Source: an uncultured Actinomycetes bacterium
GTDB taxonomy: Bacteria > Actinomycetota > UBA4738 > HRBIN12
Length of the DNA stretch: 64,000 bases
Assembly (NCBI GenBank): GCA_963778545.1
Contig: CAVZUW010000002.1
Coordinates: 90,454-154,453 of the forward strand
Direction of reading: 5' to 3'
This document shows positions 31,152-42,469 of the stretch, in pieces. The position numbers were made by a program, and so were the translations under genes. A model generated the notes under the pieces. The model had not been told where the DNA came from. It saw only the letters and a program-made list of their open reading frames with translations, and did no database searches. Every line of letters starts with the position of its first letter. Positions within the stretch are counted from its first letter, which is position 1.

Positions 31152-33618
31152 GTGAGCGAGCGGCCCGCGCCGGTCGGCCGGCTCCTCGAGGACCTCCGCT
31201 CGCTCGACCGCGCGTACTCGACCGGTCATCACGGCCGGTGGTCGGGGCGGCGCCGCGCCGAGCTCGCCGACGCCTGTCTCCGCGATCTCGCGGCCGCCGC
31301 CGGCATGCCGGAGGACGTCGCGCTCGTGGCGCTGGGTGGGTACGGACGCGGGACCCTCGCGCCCGGCTCCGATCTCGACCTGCTGATCCTGCACGACGGG
31401 AGGTCGGCGGACGCGGTCGCGGCGCTCGCCGAGACCCTCCTGTACCCGCTGTGGGACGCCGGTCTGCGCGTCGGTCACGCGGTCCGGACGCCGGAGGCCT
31501 GCGCCGAGATCGCGGCCGAACGGCTCGACGCGACGACGGCGATGCTCGACGGCCGGGTGCTCGCGGGATCCGCGCCGGGATGGGACGACGTGCGTTCGGC
31601 GGTGCTGGCGTCCGGTCCGCGGCGATCCGCGCGCGTTCGCGCAACGCCTGGTCGCCGATCGCGACGCCCGGCGTGAGCGGTTCGGCTCGGTCTCGTCCCT
31701 GCTCGAACCCGAGCTGAAGGAGGGCGTCGGTGGGCTCCGCGACATCCACGCGCTCGCGTGGATGCTGACCGCGATCGGCCGCCCGCTCGAGGAGGCGGGC
31801 ATCCTGCGCGAGGCGGAACGTCGTTCGGTCGACGGCGCCGAGGAGTTCCTCACGCGGGTCCGGAGCGCGCTGCACCTGGAGACCGGCCGGGGTTCGGACC
31901 GGCTCCTGGCCGAGCAGCAGCCGTCGATCGCGGCGGCGATGGGCTTCGCGGACGAGCCCGGACTCCCGGCGGTCGACGGGCTGATGCGTTCGGTGTTCGA
32001 GCAGGCTCGTCAGGTCGAGCACGTCACCGCCTCGGTGTTCGACCGGTTCCTGCGCGGGACCTCGCCGCCGGCACCGCTCGACGCCACCCCCGAGGGGATC
32101 CTGCGTGCGTTCGTCTCGAGCGCGCGCGACCGGCAGGTGATGCCGGCCGCCTCGCTCGACGCGATGTCGGCGGTGTCGATCGACGCCGATCGACCGTGGA
32201 CCGAACCGACCCGATCGGCGTTCCTCGAGCTCCTGCGGTGCGGCCCCGCGGCGGTCGACGCGCTCGAGACCCTCGATCGCATCGGCCTGCTCGAACGCTA
32301 CGTGCCCGCGTGGGGGCCGGTCCGGTGCCGCCCCCAGCGAGATCCCTATCACCGGTCCTCGGTCGACGTGCACCTGCTCGCGACGCTCGCCGGCGTCGCC
32401 CGGCTGCTGGAGGATCCGCGCGACGACCCGTTCGTGGCGTTCGCGGTCCGGGCGATCCCGGACGCCGACGCGCTGCGGCTCGGTGCGCTCCTGCACGACA
32501 TCGGCAAGACCGGGCAGGGGCACCACGTCGAGACCGGGACGAGCGTGGCCCGCGAGACGCTCGAGCACGTGGGCGCGTCCGGCCCGACCGCCGACCTCGC
32601 GCTGTTCCTCGTCGCGGAACACCTGCTCCTGTCGGACACGGCGACCCGTCGCGACCTCGACGACGAGCGGTTGATCGTCGACGTGGCCGATCGTGTCGGC
32701 GACCACGGTCGTCTGGGGGCGCTGTACCTCCTGACGATCGCCGACGCCGAGGCGACGGGTCCGCTCGCGTGGACGCCGTGGCGCGCGGCCCTGGTCCGCG
32801 AGCTCGTCGCCAAGGTCCGGCACGTCCTCGACCGCGACGACGTGGGTTCGGGTACGGCCGAGCGGCTGACGGCGCGGGCGGAGGAGATCCGCGCGGCGCT
32901 GGCGGACGAGGACGCCGAGGCGGTCGAACGCTTCCTGCTGCGGATGCCGCGCGGCTACGTCCTGACGGTCCCGATCGACCGCGTGCCGATCCATCACCGC
33001 CTGCTCGCCCCCGCCGTGGGCTCCCACGAGGTGCGCACGCATGCCACCGATGGCTCGCGCGCGGACGCCTACGAGCTCGCGGTCGTCGCCGCGGACCGGC
33101 CCGGGTTGCTCTCGATGATCGCCGGGGCCCTCTCGCTCGCGGGGCTGTCGATCCTCACCGCCCAGGTGTTCACGACGGACGACGGCGTCGCCGTCGACCT
33201 GTTCGAGATCGAGGGGGTGTTCGAGCCCGAGGTCGGCGAGGAGCGGTGGCGCGAGTTCCGTACGACGCTGCGCAAGGCGATCGAGGGCCGGCTCTCGCTC
33301 GACCACCGCGTCCGCGAGAAGCGGCGCCACTACCCGGACCCGCCGACCGGCGTGCCCGTGCGGGTCGAGGTCGACAACGCGGCGTCGGACTTCTTCACCG
33401 TGATCGAGGTGGGCGCGCCCGACCGCCTGGGGTTGCTGTTCGACATCACCCGAACGTTCGCCGAGCTCCAGCTCGACGTGCACCTCGCGAAGGTGGCGAC
33501 GTTCGGCGGGCGGGTGGTCGACGCCTTCTACGTCCGCGACCATCTCGGTCGCAGGGTCGACGATCTCGAGCAGGTGCGCGAGCTCGAGGACGCGCTCCGG
33601 GGTCGGCTCGGGGTCTGA
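31152..33618 (+). CDS. glnD: [Protein-PII] uridylyl/adenylyltransferase GlnD, +1 frame break near 31612
   Basis: ALGGYGR..SDLDL, LYPLWD, EPELKEGVGGLRD, LLHDIGK (HD), two ACT domains. Confidence 0.92.
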
Positions 33619-33644
33619 GCACGGCGCCGGCGCCGCCCGTTCGG

Positions 33645-34353
33645 CTAGAGCATCGCCCGGAGACGGTCGGCCATCTGCGTGCTGTGGCCCTCGTCCTCGT
33701 GCTTGAAGTAGCAGTAGACGTCGCGGCCGGCCTCGAGCGACGGGCGGATGCGATCCGGCCCAGCCCCGCAGCTCCTCGTCCGAGTACTCGGTCTTGCGCA
33801 GGCGCAGGAACCCGAACGGCTCCCACGACAGGTCGTCGGGACCCGGGTCGTGCTCATCGGTCTCGGCCACGCACCAGGCCACGCCCTGCTCGAGCAACAG
33901 GTCGCGCGCCTGCACCCACGAGGGGTGGCGGAACTCCATCGCCGATCTCGGCGTGGGAGGCAGGTAGCCGACGAACGACTCGATCAGGGCACGATCGTAG
34001 GTGAGCGTGGGCGGGCACTGGTACAGCACGGTCCCGAGGCGATCGCCCAACAACCGCCCGAGGTCCAGGAAGTCCCGGACGTCCTGGTCCACGTCGGTCA
34101 GCCGCTTCCAATGCGTGATCCGTTGGTTGGCCTTGAGCGTGAACCGGAAGCCTTCGGGGGTCTCCGCCTTCCAGGTCTCGAGCGACTTCTGGGTCGGGAA
34201 GCGCCGGAACGTGTAGTTGATCTCGACCGAGGGGAACCGGCTCGCGTAGTACGAGAGCATCTCGCGGTTCTTCAACCCCTCGGGATAGAAGACGCCGTGC
34301 TTCCACTGGTCGTAGGAGAACCCTGAGGTGCCGAGGTAGAAGGTGCCGGCCAT
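33645..34353 (-). CDS. DUF72 (UPF0759) protein, +1 frame break near 33755
   Basis: YLGTSGFSY..W..VFYP, VEINYTF, LYQCPP, EFRHPSW, YCYFKHE. Confidence 0.9.
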
Positions 34354-34354
34354 C

Positions 34355-34370
34355 TGACAGGATTCTGTCA
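34355..34370. promoter_or_regulatory. Palindromic bidirectional promoter candidate TGACAG-GATT-CTGTCA
   Basis: Fills the 16-bp gap between divergent ATGs at 34353 and 34370. Confidence 0.5.
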
Positions 34371-35048
34371 TGGCCACGCCCGAGAGCCGAAGCCGCATCC
34401 AGCTCCCCACGTCCGGCGAGGTCGGTGCGGCGTGGATCCGCCCGAAGGACGCCGCGGCGACCCTCGTCGTCGCCCACGGCGCCGGAGCGGGCATGGACCA
34501 CCCGTTCCTCGTCGGTTTCTGTCGCGCGATGGGCGAGGCCCGCGTGGCGACGATGCGCTTCGACTTCCCGTACATCGAGCGCGGGCGCCGCGCACCCGAT
34601 CCCGAACGCGTCCTGCGCGAGACCTGGCTGGCGGCCTTCGACGCGGCGTCCGAACGCGCGGAGGGCCGGGCCGTCCTCGCGGGGGGCAAGTCGCTCGGCG
34701 GTCGCATCGCCTCGATGTGCGCGGCCGACGGGATGCCGGCGGCCGGACTCGTGTTCCTCGGCTACCCGCTGCACGCGCCGGGCAAGACCGACAAGCCGCG
34801 CGCGGACCACCTCGAGCGGATCCAGGTCCCGATGCTGTTCCTGCAGGGGACCAGGGATCCGTTCGCGAACCCCGAGCTGTTGGCGAAGGTGATCGCGAAG
34901 CTCGGCGACCGGGCCGTGCTCGAGCCCGTCGAGGGCGGCGATCACTCGTTCAGGATCCGCGGCGTCAAGGCGGACGATCGCGAGATCGGCGCCGCGCTGG
35001 CCGGTACGGCCGCGCCGTTCGTCCGCCGGGTCGGCGGGGGAGCGCTGA
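34370..35048 (+). CDS. Alpha/beta hydrolase (KANL3/Tex30-like); apparent fusion to the next gene probably from an extra G near 35036-35040
   Basis: AHGAGAGMDHPF, GGKSLGGR, LGYPLH, QGTRDPF, GDHSF; removing one G restores a TGATG stop/start junction. Confidence 0.85.
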
Positions 35049-35323
35049 TGCCGCGCCGGAACCGGCGAGCCCCGGACGACGCTCCGCAACCCGCACGGAT
35101 GCCGCAGTCGGCGGCGCCGGCATGGGCGAGCGTTCCCGGCGTCGAGGTGCGGCGGCTCACCAGCGACAAGCCCTACCGATGCCCCGGCTGCGACCTCGAG
35201 ATCCGACCGGGGACGTGGCACTTCGTCGTCGTCCCGGCCGTCGCCGAGGAACGGCGCCACTGGCACGAGCGCTGCTGGCAGATCGAGCTCAACCGGACGC
35301 GCGGGCGCCGTTCGGGCGGCTGA
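35048..35323 (+). CDS. Small conserved actinobacterial Cys/His (zinc-binding) protein
   Basis: MPRRNRR..KPYRCPGCD..H..RRHWHERCW. Confidence 0.78.
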   Translation: MPRRNRRAPDDAPQPARMPQSAAPAWASVPGVEVRRLTSDKPYRCPGCDLEIRPGTWHFVVVPAVAEERRHWHERCWQIELNRTRGRRSGG

Positions 35324-35353
35324 ACGTCCCTGCGCCGGGGCTATCATCGGCCC

Positions 35354-35707
35354 GTGCCGCCACCACCCGTGCGGGCGTCGATGCATCACGAGCCACCGGT
35401 CTGGGTGGGCACGGTCCACGGCCGCGAGATCCGGCGCCGCACCCGGGATGGCTGCGTGAACGCCCTCCGGCGGCTCGCGGGCGACGACGCGTTGCTGTCG
35501 ATCGAGATCACCCCCGACGTCGTCGGGGTGAGCGAGGCCGCGACGATCCTCGGATGGGATCGCCGACGCGTGGCGACGTACGTGAGCCGCGGCGCGTTCC
35601 CGGAGCCGATCGCCGCGCTCGCGTCCGGCCGCGTCTGGCGGCGCGAGGACGTCGAGGCATTCGGCCGCGACCGCCTCCGGCGCAAGGGCCGCAGGATCGC
35701 CCGGTGA
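35354..35707 (+). CDS. Small AlpA/excisionase-like HTH DNA-binding protein
   Basis: VVGVSEAATILGW..RGAFPEPIAALASGRVW; TATCAT -10 six nt before GTG. Confidence 0.75.
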   Translation: MPPPPVRASMHHEPPVWVGTVHGREIRRRTRDGCVNALRRLAGDDALLSIEITPDVVGVSEAATILGWDRRRVATYVSRGAFPEPIAALASGRVWRREDVEAFGRDRLRRKGRRIAR

Positions 35708-36352
35708 CCGAACGGATCCTGTACCTGGTCCGCCACGGCCAGTCCGATTTCGACTCCACGCGGACGACGCCGGGCCCCAGGGGCGCGCAGTGGGACCCTC
35801 CGCTCGGCGAGCGCGGGCGGGAGCAGGCGGCGTACCTCGCCGCCCGCCTCCGTGCGATGACCGAACCCGCGGTGGTCGCCTCCTCGCCCCTCCTGCGAGC
35901 CCGCGAGACCGCGTCGGCGTACGCGGAGCCCGCCGGCATCGAGGTGCTCGTCGACGACGATCTCGCCGAGGCCCACCTGGGCGAGTGGGAGGGCAAGTCG
36001 TTCGAGGAGATCCTGTCGACCGACGAGCAGATGCTGCACCGGGTCCGCAACCAGGAGCCGATCTGGCGCCACGCCCCGTTCGTCGAGGAGCTCGGGCCGT
36101 TCCGGGCGCGGGTCGGCGCCGCCGTCGAACGGCTGCTGGCGCGCCGCTCCGGAGGGCAACGTCCTCGTCTTCTGCCACGGCGGGGTGATCAACGCGTTCA
36201 TCGCGCCGCTGCTGGGGGTGGATCACGAGATGTTCTTCGTGCCCGAGAACACCTCGCTCAACTCGATCGTCGTCGACGGCGAGCACCGCCGCGTCCGGTT
36301 CCTCAACGACGCGCTCCACCTGACCGACCCCCACCTGTTCGCGGACGCCTGA
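35704..36352 (+). CDS. Histidine phosphatase family protein, +1 frame break near 36142
   Basis: LVRHGQS, SSPLLRARET, then CHGGVINA, PENTS, LNDALH in the shifted frame. Confidence 0.88.
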
Positions 36353-36417
36353 GGCGTTCGGGTCCTAGACTCCGCGCGTCAACCGCAGCACGTACGACCG
36401 ACGAACAGGAGGCCGGC

Positions 36418-36801
36418 ATGCCCGTCCAGTTCCTTTCCCCCGAGTGGACCGAGGAGCTCGAGAAGCGCCTGAACGCGAGCGATACGTTCCGTGCCGCTGC
36501 GTCCGCCGCGAACGTGACGATCCAGAACGTCATCGAGACCCCGGACGGTGCGAAGCGCTACTGGATGCGGTTCGAGGGGGGCTCGGTCAAGCTCGAGGCC
36601 GGGGACGCGGAGAAGGCCGACGCCACGATCGAACAGGACTACGCCACGGCGGTCGCGCTCGCCAAGAGCGAGCTGAACCCCGTCTCGGCCTTCATGACCG
36701 GGAAGATCCGCATCAACGGCAGCATGATGCTCCTGATGCAGCTCCAGGGGGCCCTGTCCGAGCTCGCCAAGGAGATGCAGGAGATCGACGTCGACTACTG
36801 A
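36418..36801 (+). CDS. SCP2 sterol-binding domain protein
   Basis: FLSPEW, AFMTGKIRING; AGGAGG SD. Confidence 0.85.
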   Translation: MPVQFLSPEWTEELEKRLNASDTFRAAASAANVTIQNVIETPDGAKRYWMRFEGGSVKLEAGDAEKADATIEQDYATAVALAKSELNPVSAFMTGKIRINGSMMLLMQLQGALSELAKEMQEIDVDY

Positions 36802-36887
36802 GGATGGCGTTCGGGCCTGTCCGCTAGGGCCCCGTACATCCGATCGTGCGCTCCCCGACGTACCTGGGATGGGTGCGCAGACCTCGT

Positions 36888-36917
36888 TTGACGGGTTCGA
36901 CCCGGCGAGCGGAGAAT
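36888..36917 (+). promoter_or_regulatory. Candidate housekeeping promoter TTGACG-N18-GAGAAT for the ABC operon
   Basis: Near-consensus -35 and -10 about 50 nt upstream of the BMP start. Confidence 0.45.
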
Positions 36918-36967
36918 CTACGGCCGTGCCCCGTGTTCGGGGCGCCCATCGGATGGGAGGGGGAAGC

Positions 36968-38086
36968 ATGCGCTCATGGCGAGCGAAGGCGCTGGTCCTC
37001 ATCGGCGTACTGTCCGTCGTCGCTGCAGCGTGCGGCGGGGATGACGACGGCGGCGAGACGGGCGGGGCCGGCGGTACCGCGACGGGCGGTGGCGCAGCCG
37101 AATGCAACGCGGACCTGAAGGTCGGGGTGGCCTTCGACATCGGAGGCTTGGGTGACAAGTCGTTCAACGACTCCGCGAACGCCGGGCTGCAACAGGCGAT
37201 CGCCGACGGCCTCGTGTGCGAGGACAATGCCATCCTCAACGAAGCGAACTCGACCGGCTCGGACCGGGACCAGAACGTGCAGGCCTTGGCCGACGCCGGC
37301 ATGAACATCGTGATCGGGGTCGGGTTCTCGTTCTCGCCGGGGATCAACACGATCGCCCCCGACTACCCGGACGTGAACTTCATGATCGTGGATGGCTTCG
37401 CGACCTGCGGCACCGCGTGCGGGCTGACCAACGACGCCGAAGCGATCCCGAACGTCGCCGACTACACCTTCAAGGAGCAGGAGGGCTCGTTCCTGGTGGG
37501 TGCGGCGGCCGTGCTGAAGTGCGAGTGCGAGACGATCGGGTTCCTCGGTGGCCAGCAGGGCACCGGCCTGATCGAGAAGTTCCAGGCCGGATACGAGGCG
37601 GGTGCGCATCAGATCGACCCGAACGTCGAGATCCTCGTCGAGTACATCGGCGACAGCACCGAGGCGTTCAACGACCCCGTCAAGGGCCAGCAACTCTCGA
37701 CGAAGATGTACGACGAGGGCGCCGAGATCGTCTACCACGCGTCGGGCGCGTCGGGTGCCGGACTGTTCAACGCGGCCGTCGAGGCCCAGAAGGAAGCCAT
37801 CGGCGTGGACTCGGACCAGTACCTGACGGCGAGCCCCGAGCAGCAGCCGCTGATCCTGACCTCGATGATCAAGCGCGTGGACGTCGCGGTCTACAACTCG
37901 ATCCAGGCGCAGGGGGAGGGCACGTTCGGCGGCAGCCAGGTGTTCGGGATGGCGGAGGACGGGGTCGACTACGCAACCTCGAACCCGGAGGAGCTCACCG
38001 CGGACATCACCGAGCAGCTGGATGGGTTCAAGCAGCAGATCATCGACGGCACCATCGTCGTGCCCGACACGCCGGAAGGCGCCTAG
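36968..38086 (+). CDS. BMP family ABC substrate-binding lipoprotein (nucleoside-type)
   Basis: Lipobox AAAC, GGLGDKSFND, IGVDSDQY, TSMIKRVD. Confidence 0.93.
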   Translation: MRSWRAKALVLIGVLSVVAAACGGDDDGGETGGAGGTATGGGAAECNADLKVGVAFDIGGLGDKSFNDSANAGLQQAIADGLVCEDNAILNEANSTGSDRDQNVQALADAGMNIVIGVGFSFSPGINTIAPDYPDVNFMIVDGFATCGTACGLTNDAEAIPNVADYTFKEQEGSFLVGAAAVLKCECETIGFLGGQQGTGLIEKFQAGYEAGAHQIDPNVEILVEYIGDSTEAFNDPVKGQQLSTKMYDEGAEIVYHASGASGAGLFNAAVEAQKEAIGVDSDQYLTASPEQQPLILTSMIKRVDVAVYNSIQAQGEGTFGGSQVFGMAEDGVDYATSNPEELTADITEQLDGFKQQIIDGTIVVPDTPEGA

Positions 38087-38103
38087 GGCCCGGCGAGGAC
38101 ACC

Positions 38104-39636
38104 GTGACGACCGGTGCAGGGGCGGGGGGCAACGGCTCCCCGCCCCTCGTCGCGCTCGAGCACATCACCAAGCGCTTCCCCGGTGTCCTGGCCAACGATG
38201 AGGTCGACCTGGAGCTGCGCGCCGGCGAGGTCCATGCGCTGATCGGCGAGAACGGCGCGGGCAAGTCCACCCTGATGCGCGTCCTGTACGGGATGTATCC
38301 GGCGGACGGCGGGCGGATCCTCGTGCGGGGCCAGGAGATCAAGATCGGATCCCCGCGCGACGCGATCGCCAACGGGATCGGGATGGTCCACCAACACTTC
38401 GTCCTGGTGGACCCGTTCACCGTCACCGAGAACATCATCCTGGGCGAGGAGGGCGGCGAGCGACTCGATGTCGTCGCGGCGCAACAGCGCATCGCCGAGC
38501 TCGCGGAGTCCTACGGGTTCCGCGTGGATCCCGGGGCGGTCGTGGAGGAGCTGTCGGTCGGCGAGGAGCAGCGCGTCGAGATCCTGAAGGCGCTCTACCG
38601 CGGCGTGGAGATCCTCATCCTGGACGAGCCGACGGCGGTGCTCACCCCCAGCGAGACCAAGGACCTGTTCGACAACCTCCGGAAGCTCCGAGAGGCGGGC
38701 CGGACGATCGTGTTCATCAGTCACAAGCTGGACGAGGTGATGGAGATCGCCGACCGCATCACGGTCCTTCGGCGCGGGCGCGTGGTCGGCGAGACCCGTC
38801 CGGCCGAGACCTCGAAGGCCAAGCTCGCCGAGATGATGGTGGGCCGTCCCGTCCTGTTCCGTCTCGAGAAGCCGACGGTCCAGATCGGCGAGCCGGTGCT
38901 GCGGGTCCAGGACCTCACCGGCGACGGCAAGCTGAACGGCGTGAGCCTGGAGGTACGCGCCGGGGAGATCCTGGGGGTCGCCGGCGTCGAGGGCAACGGA
39001 CAGCGCGAACTGGCGGAGTCACTGATCGGCCTGCGGACCCCCGCATCCGGCACGATCGAGCTCGAGGGAGCGTCGATCGCGGGGCGCGGCGTGTTCGACA
39101 TCCGCAACGCCGGGGTCGGGTACATCCCCGAGGACCGGCACGAGCAGGGGCTGGTGCTCAACATGACGTTGTGGGAGAACACCCTGCTCGGGCGCCAGGA
39201 CGACCCCGAGTTCTCGGGGACCCTCGGCGTCCTGTTCATCAAGAAGGTCAAGGAGCTGACCGCTCGGCTGGTCAAGCTGTTCGACGTCCGGGCGCGCAGC
39301 GTCGACGTGGCGGCTTCGACACTGTCGGGCGGCAACCAGCAGAAGCTCATCCTCGCGAGGGAGCTCGAGACCGATCCGAAGCTCCTGATCGCGGCGCAGC
39401 CGACCCGCGGCCTGGACGTCGGGGCGATCGAGTTCGTCTGGAAGCAGATCCTCGACCAGAAGGCCGCCGGCAGGGGCGTGCTGCTCATCTCGGCCGAGCT
39501 CGACGAGATCTACGCGCTCTCGGACCGGATCGTGACCTTGTACGAGGGCAAGATCACCGGCGAGTTCCCGCCGGACGCCCCGCCCGAGCAGATCGGGATC
39601 GGCATGCTCGGACGGGCGCCGGAGGAGGCGGCGTAG
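38104..39636 (+). CDS. Sugar/nucleoside ABC transporter ATP-binding protein (two NBDs)
   Basis: GENGAGKST, LDEPTAVL, ISHKL, LSGGNQQK, QPTRGLD. Confidence 0.95.
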   Translation: MTTGAGAGGNGSPPLVALEHITKRFPGVLANDEVDLELRAGEVHALIGENGAGKSTLMRVLYGMYPADGGRILVRGQEIKIGSPRDAIANGIGMVHQHFVLVDPFTVTENIILGEEGGERLDVVAAQQRIAELAESYGFRVDPGAVVEELSVGEEQRVEILKALYRGVEILILDEPTAVLTPSETKDLFDNLRKLREAGRTIVFISHKLDEVMEIADRITVLRRGRVVGETRPAETSKAKLAEMMVGRPVLFRLEKPTVQIGEPVLRVQDLTGDGKLNGVSLEVRAGEILGVAGVEGNGQRELAESLIGLRTPASGTIELEGASIAGRGVFDIRNAGVGYIPEDRHEQGLVLNMTLWENTLLGRQDDPEFSGTLGVLFIKKVKELTARLVKLFDVRARSVDVAASTLSGGNQQKLILARELETDPKLLIAAQPTRGLDVGAIEFVWKQILDQKAAGRGVLLISAELDEIYALSDRIVTLYEGKITGEFPPDAPPEQIGIGMLGRAPEEAA

Positions 39637-40872
39637 TGTCCGCCGAGGGACTCGCGGCCCCGATCGGCGCGACCCGCACTCGCCCGGCGTGGCTGGAGAG
39701 CTTCGCCGGCCAGTTCCTCGCGTTGCTCGCCTCGTTCGGGCTCGCCCTGCTTGCGGGGTCGCTCCTGATCATCGCGTACGGCGAGAACCCGATCGACGTG
39801 TACACGTCGATCTTCGACGCCTCGCTCGGATCGGCCGACGGCATCGGGTACGTCCTGGCGATCGCGACCCCGCTGATCTTCGCCGCCCTCGCCGTGTCCG
39901 TCTGCTTCAAGGGCGGGCTGTTCAACATCGGCGTCGAGGGCCAGTACCTCGTCGCGATGATCACGGCAGCCGTGGCCGAGCTCAACCTGGACTTCCTCCC
40001 CGCCCCGCTGCTGCTGCCGGCCGTGCTGCTCGCCGCCATGCTCGGCGGGATGATCTGGGCCGCCGTCCCGGGCATCCTGAAGGTCAGGACCGGGGCGCAC
40101 GAGGTGGTCACGACGATCATGATGAACGGGATCGCGATCAGCCTCGTCGGGTGGGCGCTCAACGGACCGCTCCATTACAACGACGCGCCCGAGGGTGCCT
40201 TCGTCGACCTGCGGTCCAACGTCTTCCCCGCCAAGGGCCTGGCGGGCGATCTGGGCGCGATGTTCGGTGTCACGCCGGGGGCGCACCTGTCGTGGCTGCT
40301 GTTCCTCGCGATCGGGGCCGCGATCGTCGTGTGGTTCCTGATCCGGCGAACCCGTCTGGGCTACGAGGCCCGTGCGGTCGGCTCGTCGCCGGGATCGGCC
40401 AAGGCCGGGGGCGTGTCGATCGGCGCGACGCAGCTGCGCCTGTTCCTGATCTCGGGGGCGCTGGCGGGCCTGATCGGGATGCAGATGATCCTGGCCGATC
40501 GCGGGCTACCTCCCCCTCAACTACGTCGTCGGTCTCGGGTTCACGGGGATCGCCGTGGCCTTCCTGGGCCAGAACAACCCGATCGGCATCATCTTCGCCG
40601 CGATCTTGTGGGGGATCCTGTCGCGGGGCGAGGTGGCGCTGCAGATCTCGAGCGAGGTGCCGCGCGAGTTCATCATCATCCTGCAGGGGCTGCTGATCTT
40701 GACCGTCGTGATCACGTACCAGATCGCCAAGCGCCGGCTGGCCGCCCGCCAGCTCCAACGCGCGGGCATGGCCGGCGCGCTGGACGACTCCGACGCGCCG
40801 GAGGAGAGCTCGGGACCGCGCGGTCCCGAGGACACCGGCGCCGAGGCGCTCGAACCCGGGAAGAGGGTCTGA
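39636..40872 (+). CDS. Nucleoside ABC transporter permease, +1 frame break near 40505
   Basis: GLFNIGVEGQY, HEVVTTIMMN, GFTGIAVAFLGQNNP. Confidence 0.9.
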
Positions 40873-41846
40873 TGCCGTTCACCGACATCGCCGTCGCGGT
40901 CCAGATCTCGTTCACGTACTTCACGATCATCTACCTGACCGGTCTCGGCGGCCTGTTCAGCGAGCGCTCGGGCATCGTGAACATCGGCCTGGAGGGGCTG
41001 ATGATCATCGGGACCGTGACCGGTGCGTTCGGCGCGCGCTTCTTCACCGACACGGTCGGGCTGGAAACCGTGTGGGGTCCGATCCTCGGCCTGCTCTTCG
41101 GGGCGTTGTGCGGCGCGATCTTCGCCAGCATTCACGCGGTCGCGACGATCACGTTCCGGGTCGACCACATCGTCTCCGGGGTGGTGATCAACCTGATCGC
41201 GATCGGGGTGGCGCGCTTCCTGTCCTACGCGTTCTTCAACGGGCAGTCCACGCAGTCAGACCCGGGCGGCCCGCACCTGGCGCGGCTGGACATCCCCGGG
41301 TTGTCGTCCTTGCCGGGAGGTCTCGATCGAGCGTTCGAGGGCTTATCGCCGATGGTCGTCGTCGCCGCGCTCATGGTCATCCCCGTGTGGTACTCGCTGT
41401 ACCGCACGCGGTGGGGGCTGAGGCTGCGCTCATGCGGCGAGAATCCCGAGGCGACCAGGTCGCTCGGGGTCAGCGTGCCGCGGTACCGCTACCAGGGCGT
41501 GCTGCTCTCGGGGGCGTTCGCCGGGCTGTCGGGCGCCTTCCTGGCGGCCGAGGTGATCGGGAGCTGGCGGGAGGGCCAGACGCTGCAACTGGGGTTCATC
41601 GCCCTCGCGGCGCTGATCCTGTCCAACTGGAACCCGGTCCGGCTCATGTTCTTCGCGTGGTTGTTCGGGTTCGCGGTCGCGATCCCGCTCCGATTGAACG
41701 ACGCACCCGTGATCTCGTTGCTCCCCGAGCAGTTCATCCGGATGATCCCGTACATCGTCACGATCGTGGCGATCGCGGGCTTCGTCGGTCGCGTCCGACC
41801 CCCCGCGGCCGCCGGCCGCGCGTACGAGGGCGGCGGGGGGAGCTAG
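40872..41846 (+). CDS. Nucleoside ABC transporter permease
   Basis: SERSGIVNIGLEG, GLRLRSCGENP, GFIALAALI, PYIVT. Confidence 0.92.
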   Translation: MPFTDIAVAVQISFTYFTIIYLTGLGGLFSERSGIVNIGLEGLMIIGTVTGAFGARFFTDTVGLETVWGPILGLLFGALCGAIFASIHAVATITFRVDHIVSGVVINLIAIGVARFLSYAFFNGQSTQSDPGGPHLARLDIPGLSSLPGGLDRAFEGLSPMVVVAALMVIPVWYSLYRTRWGLRLRSCGENPEATRSLGVSVPRYRYQGVLLSGAFAGLSGAFLAAEVIGSWREGQTLQLGFIALAALILSNWNPVRLMFFAWLFGFAVAIPLRLNDAPVISLLPEQFIRMIPYIVTIVAIAGFVGRVRPPAAAGRAYEGGGGS

Positions 41847-41850
41847 CGGG

Positions 41851-42469
41851 CTACTCGGTCCCGAACAGCCGGTCCCCGAAGTCGCCGAGCCCCGGCACGA
41901 TGTACCCCCGCTCGTTCAGCTGGCGGTCGATCGCCGCGGTGAAGATCGGCACGTCGGGGTGGTCGGCCTCCATCTTCCGGATCCCCTCGGGCGCGGCCAC
42001 GACGCAGACGAAGCGGATCGACGCGGGCCCGCCCTCCTTGACGGCGGACGTCGCCGCCGAACCCGAGCCGCCCGTCGCGAGCATCGGGTCGAGCACCAGG
42101 ACGTGCCGGCCCTCGACCGGACGGGAGCTTGCGGTAGTACGACTGCGGCTCGAGCGACGCCTCGTCGCGTTCGAGGCCGATGTACCCGACGGCGACCTCG
42201 GGGAACAGCTCGGTCACCGCCTCCAGCATCCCGAGCCCCGCGCGCAGGATCGGCACGGCGACGAGGTCGTCCAGCACGCGTCCGGTCGTCTCCTCGAGCG
42301 GGGTCCGCACCGTGATCTCCGTCGTCGGCAGATCGCGGATCGCCTCGAGCGCGAGGGTCAGGGCCAGGCGCTTGGCCAGCGTTCGGAACACCGGGGGCGC
42401 CGTCTCCTCCGATCGGAGCTGCGCCAGGAGGTGGCCGGCGAGCGCGTGGTCCACGACGGTCACGGACAC
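41851..42469 (-). CDS. upp: Uracil phosphoribosyltransferase, +1 frame break near 42121
   Basis: [42 protein letters not shown]. Confidence 0.93.

Noticed and set aside
34370-35323. Apparent hydrolase-zinc protein fusion
   Set aside because: One extra G in a G run removes the TGATG junction at 35046-35050.
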